Shown here: one piece after another, positions 1 through 13,806 of the stretch
How positions within the stretch are numbered: position 1 is the stretch's first letter
Layout of the letters: the number at the start of each line of letters is the position of its first letter
From: Dictyostelium discoideum
Taxonomy: Eukaryota
Direction: 5' to 3'
Assembly: GCA_000004695.1 (NCBI GenBank)
Contig: CM000152.2
Location: forward strand, 192,001-256,000
DNA length: 64,000 bases
Made by a program: the position numbers and the translations under genes
The notes under the pieces: model-generated
What the model was told of the DNA's origin: nothing
Seen by the model: the letters and a program-made list of their open reading frames with translations, nothing else
Databases searched by the model: none

Positions 1-1220
1 TACCAACAATAATTGAGAATAAAAGCATAATTAAAATTATACCAATAAAGAAATAATAAGAATCACCATGTGGGAAACCAACCATACCAGGTAATCTAAC
101 ATTCATACCCATGATACCAGCCAAGAGTGTTAATGGAATGAAGATTGTAGAGATTGCAGTGAACTTTCTCATATTTCTATTTACAGAATTAGAAGCATCA
201 CTAACTTCTAATGATACTCTTGCCATATATATATTATTTAAATTTGAAAGTAAACGTTGAGATAACGTTAACTTTTGTAACATTCTAAGTATATGATCTT
301 GTACATTCTTTAGATATCTCATCATATCTATTGGTATTAATTTCTCATCTCTAAGTAACACAGAGATAATTTCACTCTTTCCAAATACACCACTATGTAA
401 ATTTGTAACACGACGACCTGCTAAACCAATACGTGTGAACAGTTCATTCTGTTTTATACCACTCAACACCAATACTAATTCATCGAGTGATTGAGTTTCC
501 AACATTATCTTATCCACCAAGTCAATGTAAATATCTACAATACTATCGAGGAATGCATATATCATCCAACCACTAGATGGTAAACCACCACTTTGATTGT
601 ATTTCATCATACGAATCACTTGATAAGTACTTTGCAATTCCTCTTGATGAAATGTGAATACTATACGTGGGAATAACAACATATTCAATGTACCTGCAAC
701 CAATACATTTGATCCTGGTGCATAATGAATTTCACTCACAACTAAAAAGATATGATTTGAAAAGAATTCACATTTCTCTCTTGTCTCTTGTCTAATTATA
801 TCCTTTTTAGTTAATGGATGAATTGATAAAATATCACAAATCTCTGAAATTTCCGAATTTGTTAAACTTTGTAAATCAACCCAATAATGAATTTTATTTT
901 CCATCTTTTCTTTATTATTTTCATTTAATTGATCTTTTAAAAATATTTTTAATTCTTCAAATGAAACCAATTCATTAATTAAACTAGTTTGATTAGTTAT
1001 AAAAATATGCTAAAAAAATTATTAACATATGTAAAAATTGAGTTAATAAAATATAATTATATATATATTTCAAATTTTAAAAAATAAAATATACCTTTCC
1101 TTCAGAGAGTAAAGTCTTTCTATTATTATTATTAGTTCCATTTGAACAAACACTTGTACTTTCTGTTGCTGCACCTTGTGATTCATTTAATACATCAAAT
1201 TCAAATTCATTATCATTCAT
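1..1220 (-). CDS. CorA/Mrs2/Alr1-family Mg2+ transporter. The 5' part of the gene lies in the window. The CDS runs off the window start and the C-terminus is truncated. Exon 1 is 1095..1220 (MNDNEFEFDVLNESQ...LSEGK), the intron is 1010..1094, and exon 2 is 1..1009 (partial).
   Basis: Minus-strand translation gives ...SISTIFIPLTLLAGIMGMNVRLPGMVGFPHGDSYYFFIGIILIMLLFSIIVG, with the GMN signature in the loop between the two C-terminal TM helices. The intron has a GTATAT donor and TTTTTTAG acceptor, and the frame is continuous across the junction. Confidence 0.8.
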
Positions 1221-1563
1221 TTTATTTTTATATATATGATTTTTAATTTGTATTTTTTTTTTATTTATTTATTTGTTTATTTGTTTGTTTTTTGTTTTTT
1301 TGTTTTTTTTTTTTTTTTTTTTGACTTTATTTATTCTATTTTAAAATTTTAATATGGCGAGCTATAAATAGATTTTATTGTGTGATAAAAAATAAAAAAA
1401 TAAAAAAAAATCGATTCTATAAGTTACTTGTTTTCTTCATTATAACTATTTTGTGAAAAAAAAATAATAAAATAAAAAATCGATTTTAAAATTACAATGA
1501 AAATAATAATTTATTATATCGATGTATTTTATTTTATTACTATTTATGTTTGTGTTGTGTTTG

Positions 1564-1596
<33 letters not shown>

Positions 1597-1603
1597 TTTT
1601 TTA

Positions 1604-1668
<65 letters not shown>

Positions 1669-1897
1669 AATTTTTTTTTTTGAGTATTTTTGACACCAAA
1701 AATATGGAAATTTGAATAAAAATAAAATAAAATAAAAAATAAAATAAAATAAATAACAAAAAGTCTTTTTTACTAAAAATAAAAAAAAAAAAAAAAAAAA
1801 AAAAAACAAATCATTCATTCATTCACACAGGCTTCAGATACATACCAGGTACAAATACATACATCAAAACAACAAACACATACATACTACACATACA

Positions 1898-2077
1898 ATG
1901 TCATCAGATAGTTCATTTGCATTATATATTCATAGAGAAAGAAGATTAATTGATATTGTTGATAATAATTGGGAACAAGAAACTTTACCACAAGAATTAA
2001 TTAGACATCCAACTATAAATGAAAATATAACTTTAAATGAAGAATTTGAAGAGTTACAAAGTAATTATAAAATAGAC

Positions 2078-2111
<34 letters not shown>

Positions 2112-2202
2112 TTTATTTTTTACTCACAATATCTCTCCCTCTCTCTATTTTATTTTTAAACAGGACAACAATGTAAGAAAGAAAAAGCATGGAATGAATT
2201 AG
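1898..2202 (+). CDS. Hypothetical small protein of about 73 aa in two exons (1898..2077 and 2164..2202). The intron begins GTATAT(AT)n and ends AAACAG.
   Basis: Exon 1 has normal amino-acid composition (MSSDSSFALYIHRERRLIDIVDNNWEQETLPQELIRHPTINENITLNEEFEELQSNYKID). A phase-0 donor lies immediately before an (AT)n run. Spliced exon 2 adds DNNVRKKKHGMN then a stop. I recognise no homolog. Confidence 0.2.
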
Positions 2203-2565
2203 CTTTAAATAGTTTCAATTAATTTGTGTATATTAGAAAAAAAAAATAAAAATAAATAAGTGTTGTAATTGTCAATTTTACAAAATCAAAATTATTTCAA
2301 TAATACATTGTAAAAAATGAAATAAAATGAAATGAAATAAAATAAAAGTGATTGAAGCTATAATTTTAAAATATTTTAAAATATTAGTTCAAAATTATAT
2401 ATATTAATTAAAATAATTAATTTGAAAATATGAATTCCATTTAATATTATTTTTATTTTTATTTTTATTTTTATTATTTTTTAATTATTTTTTTTTATTT
2501 TTTTACTATTACAAATTTATTATATATATTTTTTAATTTTTTTTTTTATTATTATTGTTAATTAT

Positions 2566-2640
2566 TGTTGTTGGTTAATTATTGTTGGTTAATTATTAAT
2601 CATTGTTGGTTAATTATTAATTATTGTTGGTTAATTATAC
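2566..2640. repeat. Tandem repeat of about four copies of a 17-19-nt unit (ttgttggttaattattaa). It sits immediately 3' of the ELMO gene stop.
   Basis: Direct reading: attattgttaattattgttgttggttaattattgttggttaattattaatcattgttggttaattattaattattgttggttaattatac. Confidence 0.7.
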
Positions 2641-5181
2641 AGTTCTAAAATCAAAATTATCAGGTAAAATTGGAATTTGAGGAGTTTCTTTTGGAATATC
2701 AATACCATCTAAATCCAATAATTTAACAGAAGTATTTATTGATAATAATGAATGATAATCATCTAAACCTTCTTGACTCTTAATTTCTTGACCTGATAAT
2801 AATTTAATAGAATCCCAAAAGTTTGAAACATCATCTCTATTTGAAGATATTAAATCAATTGTAAATAGATTTGGATTTGATGAAGATGATGAAGATGATG
2901 AAGATGATTGTAATGATGGTGATGATAGTAATACTGGTGATGATGGTGTTGGTGTTGAACTTTGTTGATGTTGTACTGATAATGATGATGATTGTGGTTG
3001 TTGTTGTTGTTGTTGTGGTATTAAAATCGGTGATGTTGTATTTGGTGATAATTGACCACTATTATTAATATTAATACTACTCATACTAACACTATTACTA
3101 TTACCATTACCATTGCTTGTATTATTATTTGTATTATTTGTATTTGTATTTGTATTATTATTTGTTAAATTATCTTTAATATTATTATTACTACTACTTA
3201 TATTAATTATACTATCTTTAATACTATTCATACTTGTTGAAGAATCAAGTTGTAAACTATTACTACTATTATTTAAATTTGAAAGTGGTAATTGATTTTG
3301 AATTAATGATTGAATTTGTTCATCTTTAATTGAAATATTAAAATAAGATAATGATTTATCTTTTTTTTTATTATTTGAATTTGTAGATTCACCATTAAAA
3401 AAAAGATCACTAATTTTAATAGTATTATAATTTGTTGGAATTGATTGATTTGGTAATGGTGGTTGATTTAATTCAGTTGATAAAAAACAATATTGAATTT
3501 CATATGAACAATTTTCATTATTGTTGTTATTATTATTATTATTATTAAATAAACGTATAAAAATCCAATTTAATGGTAAAGATTGTTTAGTTTTTAATTG
3601 TTTATGTAATTTAAATTGAAAACCTTCTTGAAAGTATGATATTTTTTGAGACTTTATTAAATCTAAAACTTGATAATTTACACCAGTTAACAACTTTTTC
3701 ATATCATCTCTAGATGATGAACTTAGGTCATTTAATAAAGATAGTAATGAAGAACCATTTGCAAAATTTGATAATAGTAAATTTGATGATGAATTATTTT
3801 GATTTGAATTTGTACCACCATTTGAATTTTTAGTATTTTTTTGACATTTCCAATCAAAAGCTTCCAAAGTAGTTGGTTTTGATTCTAATGCTGTAATAAT
3901 TAAATTTTTAACAGATGACATAATCTTTTGAAAATGCATATAAGTACCATTCATATCATCCCATGTTGAATCTAATATTTGAAATGTTGTACAATAAACT
4001 TCCTCAAATGCATGAGGATGTGAGAAAAATAGTGGAAAGAAAGGTAAATCATCGATATTGGTAGTGCTAGTGGTATTGCTAGTGGTATTGCTAGTGGTGC
4101 TATTATATGGATTTAAATTTGGTGTACCCATTTTAAAGATTGAGTTGTATAATTCAAATGTTAAGACTATACCAGCTGTAGCAGTTGGATATTCACGTTC
4201 TTTTCTGTCTATTTGACTATTAACAATTTTTCTAAACTTTTCATTATAATTTTGAGCGAAATAAATTAAATTATCTAATCCCCAAATACCCATAGCACGA
4301 AAGTCTGTACATGGATCAGTACCTTGAAAACCCATTTGTTTCCATTGTTCAGATACACGTGATTCTAATTTCACACCTGGATATGTTAATGACCAAAGTT
4401 TCATTAACAATGCATCATGCTCACTAGACTCTTTATTAAATGTAACATTCTTTCTATTAGTTATAACTTGGAATCTATGACGTTGGTAAATGTATAACTG
4501 TCTCTTTAATTCCGGTGCTACAATAATTGATTCAACCAATTTCTTTAACTTTTGATTTATCTCATATTCATCCAACTCTTTTAATAATTTATTAAACCCA
4601 TTCTCACCACCGGTGACACTGCCATTCTCTAAACCTGGAATGGTTGTTGACATAGTTTTACCAATTATTATATTTATCAATGTTAATGCATTCAATTGAA
4701 CATCTACAGTATTTGAAGAACTTAATAATTGCACTAGAGTATGGTTATAATTTCGTTTAGTTTTTTCATTATATTCCAATACTAATGTACTTGAGAATTG
4801 TTTGAAATTTAAATTATTACTTTGATTTAAAAATAAGCATAATAAAGATAAGGATGTTTTTGAAATACTTGGATTACTTGTATTCTCAGTTAATGGTAAT
4901 AATTGAGTTATCAATGATGCAGTATCTGTCGATGTCATTGATGTAATAGTAAACTCATATGACATTATAGTTTGTAATGCTGATAATGCATAACTCAATG
5001 TGTTACCTGTCAATTCCTTTAATTGACATACAATAACTTCAATACCATTCTTTTCAACAAATTTTTTAATTAAAATTTCTTCTTTTAAATCTTTTAAATC
5101 AAAAAATGCTTTCTTTTTAAATGTATTATCTTTTAAATTATTTAATAAATTATTAATTAATGTATCTGGTGATAATTGAAC

Positions 5182-5219
<38 letters not shown>

Positions 5220-5654
5220 GAATTTGTTGTTGAATTTGTTGTTGAATTTGTTGACCATTAATATTTATACTTGATGATGGTGATGATGGTGCATTATTAT
5301 TTGTTGTTCCAACTACACTATTACTATAACCACTACCAATTGAAATTGTACCTAATCTATTTAAATGTTTAATTATAATTTCTGATCCTTCATCAATTAA
5401 ATTTATATTCTTTTTTTTTTTTTTTTTTTATCAATTATTAATATAATTTTAAAATAAATAAATATATAAATTTAAATTTTAAAAAAATAACCTACATCAA
5501 CTAATTGACCAGATGATAAAAATAAAGAATATGAATAATAATTTGTAATTAAAAATAACGAACATAATTTTTGAGTTACTTGTTGAAGATTTGTAATTTC
5601 TGTTTCAAAATTATGTTCAATTATCCTTTCTTGGAATGTAACTTTAATTTTCAT
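2635..5654 (-). CDS. ELMO (engulfment and cell motility) domain protein of about 977 aa. Exon 1 is 5496..5654, the intron is 5410..5495 (GTAGGT donor), and exon 2 is 2635..5409.
   Basis: The ELMO-domain core is KLWSLTYPGVKLESRVSEQWKQMGFQGTDPCTDFRAMGIWGLDNLIYFAQNY. N-terminal exon 1 (MKIKVTFQERIIEHNFETEITNLQQ...SSGQLVD) joins in phase 0 to NINLIDEGSEIIIKHLNRLG... There is a coding (CAA)n poly-Gln tract and poly-Asn tracts. Length is similar to the Dictyostelium Elmo paralogs, but I cannot assign which one. Confidence 0.85.
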
Positions 5655-5816
5655 TTTTTTTTTTTTTTTTTTTTTTGAAAAATTAATTTATTTTATTAAC
5701 TTTACAATTAAACAAAAAAAAAAATAAAAAAAAATTTTATTTTAATAACTTTCTGGTATTGCAATAAAAAAAAAAATAAAAAAAAAAAAAAAAACAATTA
5801 ATAAAAATGATTAATG

Positions 5817-5864
<48 letters not shown>

Positions 5865-6110
5865 AATATCAAAATTGGTGGGTTAAAATGCTTAAAAAAA
5901 AAAATTAAAAAAAAATTAAAAAAATTAAAATAATTAAAAAAAAAAAAATCTAAAAAAATTTGATTTTGATATTTTATTTTCATTTTTTTTATTTTTTTAT
6001 TTTTATTTTTTAATTCACAATGTTTAGTTTGTTTTTTTCTTTTTTATTTTTATTATTTTTATTTATTTTTTTTCATTAATCATTTTTAAATACCCAAATT
6101 ATTTTTATTA

Positions 6111-6143
<33 letters not shown>

Positions 6144-6373
6144 TCTATTATCTTTAATTAAAATTTTATTTTTATTTATTTTATTTCATTTTGGGCTATT
6201 TAATTTACTCATCTTTTTAAATTTTATACTTCAGTTGTTGCCCGTACCAGGGAAATAGTTTTTTATAAAAACCAACAATAATTGAAGAATAAAATTTAAA
6301 AGGACCAGAAAATTAAATAATTCAAAATAAATAAAATAAATAAAAATAAAATACATTAATTATAATAATAATT

Positions 6374-6408
<35 letters not shown>

Positions 6409-6472
6409 CACTATAACTACATTTAATAATTTTTTTTTATATTTATTTATTTTTTTTTTTATTTTTTTATTT

Positions 6473-8536
6473 TTAAGCACTAATTGAACCTTTTCTAAAA
6501 TCATTACGTTCAATTATACAATTAATAACAACTGGTTGTTGATTTTGATTTAAAATTTTATTTGATTCTTCTAAAGCAAATTTTAATTCAGATTCATTTG
6601 TTGATTTAAAACCTTTACCACCAAATGCTATTGCAACTTGATGATAATCAGTATAAGCTAAATTACAACCAACATCACTATTTAATTGTTCTTGTTGTTC
6701 ACGTAAGATTTGAATCCAACCTGAATCATTACCAATGATAGCACCAACTGAAATTTTATGACGTACCATTGTATCCAACTCTGGTATACTATAACCGAAA
6801 GCACCATCACCATAGATTGTCCAAACTTGATGATCAGGTCTACAAAGTTTGGCAGCAATTGAAAAACCAGCACCAACACCCAATGTACCAAATACACCAG
6901 GATCCAACCAAGATAATGGTGCTCTTGGACGAACGATATAACTTGCAGAACCAACGAAATCACCACCATCAGCCACCATAATGGTTTTGTGTGGTAATTG
7001 TTCATCAAACATTTGCAATGCTTTCAATGGATTTAAGAAACCCTCTTTTGATGGTGGAATATTGATTTTATTGGCAATATCAACATTTCTAGAGACATCA
7101 AGATTTGTCAATTCATTAATCCAATCTCTAAATTTCAATTCGATTATAGATCTATCTGATGATGGTAACTCTGAGATTGACTCTGACAATTGTACTAAAA
7201 ATGAACCAGGATCTAAACTGTATGGATAATTAGGTGACTTGTTTTTATATAAATCAATTGAATCCCTATTGATTGAGAATACCTTTGCACGACTATTAAT
7301 TGATCTACCATAATTTAAACGGAAATCACATGTTACACCTGCCAAAATAACCAAATCTGCTTTCTTTAATGCATGAGATCTACAATGTCTAAAAAGATTA
7401 GAATGACTTGTACCCAATAAACCTCTTGACATACTACTAGTGAAAACAGGTATACCCAATGATTGAACACTTCTTTGTAACGATTCAATTGAATAGGCAT
7501 CATTAATCAATGTAACTTGTGAACCAACGATCAACACTGGCTTTTTACATGCCCCGTCTTTATTTGAAACCAATCGGGCTAGTAATGCTGAAACGTGATC
7601 AGAGGTAACTCTAGTTTGATGTTGTCTCACTCTACCATGAATCACTATATTACTATCGATCGCTGAGAATATCTTCTTCAAATGATATGACATATACATA
7701 TTTATTACACGTGATGCCAATGATTTTGCTTGATCTTGATTCTTTAAATACCATCCCCTAACCACTGACTCTTGATATAGAACATCGATTGGGAATTCAA
7801 CAAACACAGGACCCGGTGTACCATTACGTGCCTCATAGAATGCTCTCTCCAACATTGGTACGATATCACTGTTAGTTGAAACATGTGAACACCATTTAAC
7901 ATGTGGTCTAAGTAATGCAAATTGATCAATGTCTTGTAATGATCCTTTTCCTTTCAATAAATCACTTGTTGCACCACCTATTAAAACAACACCACTTTGT
8001 GCCATCTGTGCATTCTTTACTGCTGTTATAGTATTTGTTAATCCTGGACCTGCTGTTACAACTGCAACACCTGGTATACCTGTTAATCTAAAGACACCAT
8101 CTGCTGCAAATACTGTTGTTGATTCATGTCTTACCTTTAGTTTTTTTTTAAAAAAAAAAAAAAAAAAAATATAAATATAAATATTTCAGTTTTAATTTAT
8201 TTTTTTTTTTTTTTTTTTTTTTTATTTTTTTTTTTTTATTTTTAAATATACACATATACATACATCAATAACTCTAATACCAATTTTATCAGATTCAACT
8301 AAAATTGGAGCAATATGACCACCAGTTAATGTGAATAAAAATTTAACACCTTGTTTTGATAAAACATTTGCAACTAATTCACCACCACTTGAACTTTTTT
8401 GAAATTTAAAATTGATAATTTGACCATCACAATCAATAATATTTCTATTTTCTAAAAAATATAATGAGAATAAAACTGATCCAACACTTGCTGCTATAAC
8501 AGCTCCTTTTGTAATATTTTCTTGTTCCAATAACAT
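6473..8536 (-). CDS. TPP-dependent enzyme of the acetolactate-synthase-like family (ILVBL / 2-hydroxyacyl-CoA lyase 2-like, membrane-anchored). Exon 1 is 8264..8536, the intron is 8135..8263, and exon 2 is 6473..8134.
   Basis: Exon 1 encodes an N-terminal TM helix ([18 protein letters not shown]) followed by [31 protein letters not shown]...IRVID. The GTATGT donor joins in phase 0 to [39 protein letters not shown]... (TPP N-domain). The C-terminal TPP-binding region is [10 protein letters not shown]...GNDSGW. An N-terminal membrane anchor plus TPP fold points to ILVBL rather than HACL1 or AHAS. Confidence 0.85.
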
Positions 8537-8805
8537 TTTTATTTTTATTATTATTATTATTATCTTTTTAAATAATAAAAATAAAATAAAAAAAATAAAA
8601 GTTTAAAAAAAAAAATAAAAATATTTGAAAATAAAAAAATAAAATTATGTGAAAAAAAAAAAAAAAAAAAAAAGATATTATTAAAAAAAAAAAAATTAAA
8701 AAAAAAAATAAATTAAAAAATAAATATCTATTTCCTTTTTGTGAAATTCAATTAAACCAAAAAAAAACTAAAAAAACTAAAAAACAATCCAAAAACAACC
8801 AATAC

Positions 8806-8839
<34 letters not shown>

Positions 8840-8994
8840 TTTTCTATAAATAGCATTTTTTTAATATTTTCATTTTATTATTAATTTTCCATCTTAAAAT
8901 AAAATAAAAAAAAAAAAAAAAAAAAAAGAATAAAATAAAATAAAAAATCAAAATTAAAATTTTTTTTTTTTTTTTTTATTATTTTATTTCTTAT

Positions 8995-9787
8995 TTACAA
9001 ATCATTTTTTCTATGTTTTTTAAGTTGTCTATTATCTTGAGTTATTTTATCAGATTTTTCTTCAATATATTTAATAGCACTTTCATTTGATAAAATATCA
9101 CCTAAAGCACCACGTTTCTTTTCTTTATTTGTGAATCTATTATAATAGTCAACATTTGAATTTTGGAAGACACCAATTTCGAAATGTTCTGGTAATTCCT
9201 CCAATTGTGATCTATTGTGTCTTTTAGTTGGATCAATGAATTTTTGTAATTTAATTAAGTTTGCTTCTAATTTCATCTCTTCTGTCACCTCTTTCTTACC
9301 GAACCCATACCAACCTTTATTCTTTAAATTTCTATCAACCTTTGGTTTTGTCTCTAATACTGATGTATTCTCAACAACTGGTTTCATTGACTTTTTTAAT
9401 AATTCTAATTTACTTGGTGCTATATCTTTAAAATCTTTTTTTGAAATATTTTTTGTAATACCTAATTGACTATTTTTACTTAATCTTTTTTTAAAATAAA
9501 ATGAAAATTAAAAAATATTAATAAAAATATTTTAAAAAAAATATTAATAAAATTTAAAAAATAATATATTATTTTACATTTTTTGTTGAGTTACTAATTT
9601 ATTTAAATGTACTGCTGTATTCTTTGCTAATTGATCAATAAGTTTAAATTCATCTATATAGTTTGTAAAATAAAAAAAAATAAAAAAAATAAAAAAAAAA
9701 TAAAAAGTTTTATTAGATTGAGAATTTTTTATTTTTTAGTTTTAGTCACACACATACCTTCTAATATATCATTTTCAGTCTTTTTTG

Positions 9788-9829
<42 letters not shown>

Positions 9830-9929
9830 CTGTTATACTAATTTCTTTATTTTTATTTGTTAATGAAACATTATTTAAATTTAAAACATCATAATTTTGA
9901 TCAATATTTGATTTCTTTGTTTTACTCAT
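8995..9929 (-). CDS. Fcf2 pre-rRNA processing protein (FCF2/DNTTIP2 family) of about 245 aa in three exons: 9758..9929, 9578..9653 and 8995..9484.
   Basis: The C-terminal Fcf2 domain is KGWYGFGKKEVTEEMKLEANLIKLQKFIDPTKRHNRS...YYNRFTNKEKKRGALGDIL. Splice phases close: exon 1 ends ...ILE+g; exon 2 is atGAATTTAAAC...CAAAAAAT (phase 1 in, phase 2 out); exon 3 begins ATTAAGT... This gives ...NDILEDEFKLIDQLAKNTAVHLNKLVTQQKILSKNSQLGITKNISKKDFKDIAPSKLELLKKSMKPVV... Confidence 0.7.
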
Positions 9930-9997
9930 TTTATTTGATTTTATTTCTTAAAATTAATTTTGAGAAAAAGGGTTTCGTCAATTTGTTCGTTTTTTTG

Positions 9998-10033
<36 letters not shown>

Positions 10034-10241
10034 AAAAAAAAAAAATTTTAATTTTTTTTTTTTTTTTTTTTTTATTTTTATTTTTAAAAAATAAATAAAA
10101 TTAAAAAAATAAAAATAAAATTAGAATAAAACTATAAATAAAGAATAATCATATTTATTTACACTTTGGGGTGTCATTAAAAAAAAAAAATAAAAAAAAA
10201 ATTATAAAAATAGGAAAAAAAAAAAAAAAAAAAAAAAAATC

Positions 10242-10346
<105 letters not shown>

Positions 10347-10865
10347 TGTCTATTTGGATAGAATGTTGAAATTCATTTATAATTTCCTTTTTTTTTATTG
10401 GATTTTTTTTTTTTTTTAAGTAAAATTATTATTTTTGGGTTAGTCAATTATGATAATCTCTGATGTTTTTTAATTAGGGTGCTAATATTATCCGATTTTG
10501 TGAGCCTGAAAAAAAAAACAAATTGTATGGGTTTTTTTTATATTTTTTTAATTTTTTTTTTGTTTTTTAATTTTTTTTTTTTATTTTTTTTTTTTTTTTT
10601 GCACTTTTTTTAATTTTTTTTTTTTGCTTTTTTTTTTTTTTTTTTTTTTTCATTTTTATGTGAAAAAAAAAAAACAAATAAAACGATTGGATTAATATCT
10701 TTACACACTTAATTGTCCTTTTTTTTTTTTTTTTTCTCTCTCTCCACATTGTATTTTTACACTTTGTATATATAATAATAATAATAATAATAATAGTTAA
10801 TAAATAAAATAAAGTAATAATAATAATTGTACAATAAAGAAAATCAATCACATTAATAACTTTCG

Positions 10866-10903
<38 letters not shown>

Positions 10904-10933
10904 AAAAAAATCACACACTATTTTTTTTATAAT

Positions 10934-10963
<30 letters not shown>

Positions 10964-10964
<1 letters not shown>

Positions 10965-13644
10965 TGTCTAATCCTGTATCTGTATGTAAATTAATGGGAA
11001 AAAAAAATAAAATAAAATAAAATAAAATAAAATAAAATAAAATAAAAATAAAAAATAAGATAAAATTATTCATATTTATTCCTTTATTTCAAATTATAAA
11101 TTAATATTTGTATAGATTAATAATAGTGGTAGTATTAGTAATTCTAATTTAAATAATGAAAGTTTATCACCAAGTAGATTATCATCTTCACCAAATTCGA
11201 AATCAAGTATGTATTTTTTTTTTTTTTTAAATACACCCCCCTCTCCTCCTCCCCTTCCTCTTCCTCTCATCATTAAATAAAACATATTACTAATTAGTGA
11301 AAAATATAATATAGTGGAGTTAAATGGTAAAAGAACATTGAAAAGTAGTGTTGTAAAAACATTATTAAATAGATCAAGTTCAGGTAATAATTTAAATAAT
11401 ACAGTAACAACAAGAAGAGCAGCAGGATCATTTACATCAAATTATCAAAATATATATACACCAAATAATAATAGTTATAATAGTAGTAATAATAATAATA
11501 ATAATAATAATGACGACGATACAGTATCAGTAGATGGTGATAATCCACCAGATTCACCAAAATCCACTAAAGATCATAGTAATAGTGTTGGAAGTAATAG
11601 TGGTGGTGGTGGTGGTGGTAGTAGTGGAGGATTAAATATGAGTATGAATAATATAAAACAACAACAACAAGATAATTTAATAAAACAGCAACAAAAGGAT
11701 AGATCATTGTGGACTGTTAGATCATTGAAAGAGCATGCAGAAGTATTGGATATAATGGAGAGATTGAAACCAGTGAATAGAGCCATCTCATTTGGTCAAA
11801 TTTATGCAAGAGAGGAGACACAATTTGATTTCGATCCATTGATTGGTCGTGATACAATGTTACAATTAATTCTACAACATTTACAATTTGAGGGATTGAT
11901 GGACTCTAGAAAGTTATTAGAAGAGGAGGCAAGAGTGCAATATCCAGAGTATGCAATCAACGAATCTAGATTAGTGACCCTACTTCGTACGGCTTTAAAA
12001 GATTCAGAACGTGTTTTCCAATTAACTTTAGATGATAAAAAAAGAGATTCACAACAACAATTGGAAGAGCATTTAGCATTCCTTGGTCTATTCAAAGATG
12101 AGACGGCAACTGATATAATGGGTGAAGATGTAAATATTTATGATGAACCTGAAAATTCAAATATTATATATGTAGATGATAAAGAAAAAGAAAAAGAAAA
12201 GGAAAAAGAAAAAGAAAAAGAAAAAGATAAATTTGGACCAAATTCAACAAATAGTTTAAGCGGTAGTGGTTCATCACCAAATATACCTAGTGGTATGAAT
12301 AATAATAGTAGTAGTATAGGTAATAATAGTATTGGTAATAGTAATAGTTATAGTAATGGTGAGTTATCACCATTGTCAGCATCAACATTGTTAATGATGT
12401 CACCACAGAATAAGAATTCAATAGAGACGAATAAACCACAAGTTAAGGCGGCATCATTAAATAAATTGGTTATTTTATTAACACCAGATAATAATCATGA
12501 TTTAGAGTATACAAAGACATTCTTGTTAACTTACCAATCATTTACAACACCAGAGATGTTGTTGGAGAAATTGGTCCAACGTTATCATGTACCACAGAAA
12601 CCAGGTCAATCATTGGACGATTGGAAAAAGAGTGCCGTACCAATTCAATTACGTGTTGCCAATGTTATTAGAACTTGGATAAAGGATTACTTTTCAGATT
12701 TCAATGATAAACTCATTCAAAATGTAAAATCACTCTATGAGAATATGAAACAGTCTGGTAATATGTCGCATGCAAAGATTCTATCAGAGTCGTTGAATGC
12801 AAAGATCAAGGGTATGGTTGGCATGGACGATCAAAAGAGGGCCCCCACTTTCACAAGTCCTGCACCCGAACCAAAGGTACCAAAGAATATTTGGTCACAA
12901 ACTTTAGACATTTTCTCTGTCGATGAAGAAGAAATCGCTAGACAATTGACCTTGATGGACTTTGAAATCTTTTCAGCCATTAAATCAACCGAATTGTTGA
13001 ATCAAAGTTGGAATAAACCAAAACTACGTCACCGTTCACCAAATGTATTGACTTTGATCAATAGATTCAATGAGATCTCTCAATGGACTGCAACTTCGAT
13101 TCTCTCTTATCCAAAGGTTAAGGATAGAGCTAGAATCATGGCTAAGTTCATAAAGATCGCTGAATATTGTATGAGACATTTAAATAATTTCAATACTTCA
13201 ATGGCAATTCTTTCAGGTTTAAACGCTTCCTCTGTTCATAGATTAAAATTCACCAAAGAAGAGTTACCAAAACATACTCAACAAGTTTACACAGAGTTAC
13301 AATTTCATCTAAGTTCAGCTCAAGCTTACAAAGAGTATCGTGCTCTTTTGGCAAAAGCAAATCCACCTTGTTTACCTTATCTTGGTGTTTATTTAACAGA
13401 TTTAACTTTCTTTGAAGAAGGTAATCCTGATTTCATTCAAGGTTTCATCAATTTTGGTAAAAGAAAGTTAATCTATGGTTCAATTTCAAATGTTCAAAGT
13501 TTTCAAAATGCAAAATATAATTTACAACCAGTTTATCAAATTACAAAATTATTAAAAGGTTTTAAACTTTTAGAAGAAAATGATTTATATTCAAGATCAA
13601 TGTCATTTGAACCAAGAAATAAAGAAAGAAGTGAAATTTTATAA
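10964..13644 (+). CDS. Ras guanine-nucleotide exchange factor (LisH-like motif, RasGEF_N/REM and CDC25 catalytic domain) of about 811 aa. Exons are 10964..10981 (MSNPVS), 11116..11206 and 11315..13644.
   Basis: The CDC25 domain is LTLMDFEIFSAIKSTELLNQSWNKPK...NFNTSMAILSGLNASSVHRLKFTKEEL...PPCLPYLGVYLTDLTFFEEGNPDF. The REM region is NKLVILLTPDNNHDLEYTKTFLLTYQSFTTPEMLLEKLVQRY. The LisH-like motif is DTMLQLILQHLQFEGLMDSRKLL. The main ORF has no ATG (the track shows a GTG start), and an in-frame TAG at 11296 blocks read-through upstream. Two short 5' exons with GTATGT donors supply the start; the exon 2 to 3 junction itself creates the ATG of ...KS-MELNGK. Confidence 0.85.
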
Positions 13645-13771
13645 AAAAACAAAAATCAAAAAAAAAAAAAAAAAAAAAAAAGTGATAATACAAATCCTTT
13701 AAAAGATTTTTATTTATTATTTTTTTTATTTTTTTTAATCCACAAACTAAAGAAAAAAAAAAACAAAAAAA

Positions 13772-13806
<35 letters not shown>

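Noticed and set aside
1540-1818. Track ORFs made of poly-K/F/L/I/N (for example 1540..1818, 5798..5983, 6322..6513, 10171..10419, 10567..10851, 14010..14608, 17583..17831, 19668..19904, 28510..28725, 29272..29469, 41355..41714, 45195..45452, 47014..47253).
   Set aside because: These are translations of A/T homopolymer or simple-repeat spacer, with no protein-like composition. The windows listed are representative.
11094-11285. Minus-strand ORF 11094..11285 (63 aa) overlapping the RasGEF 5' exons.
   Set aside because: It overlaps exon 2 and the intron of the RasGEF on the opposite strand and includes a G/E-rich stretch derived from a plus-strand C/T-rich block. Most likely a chance ORF.
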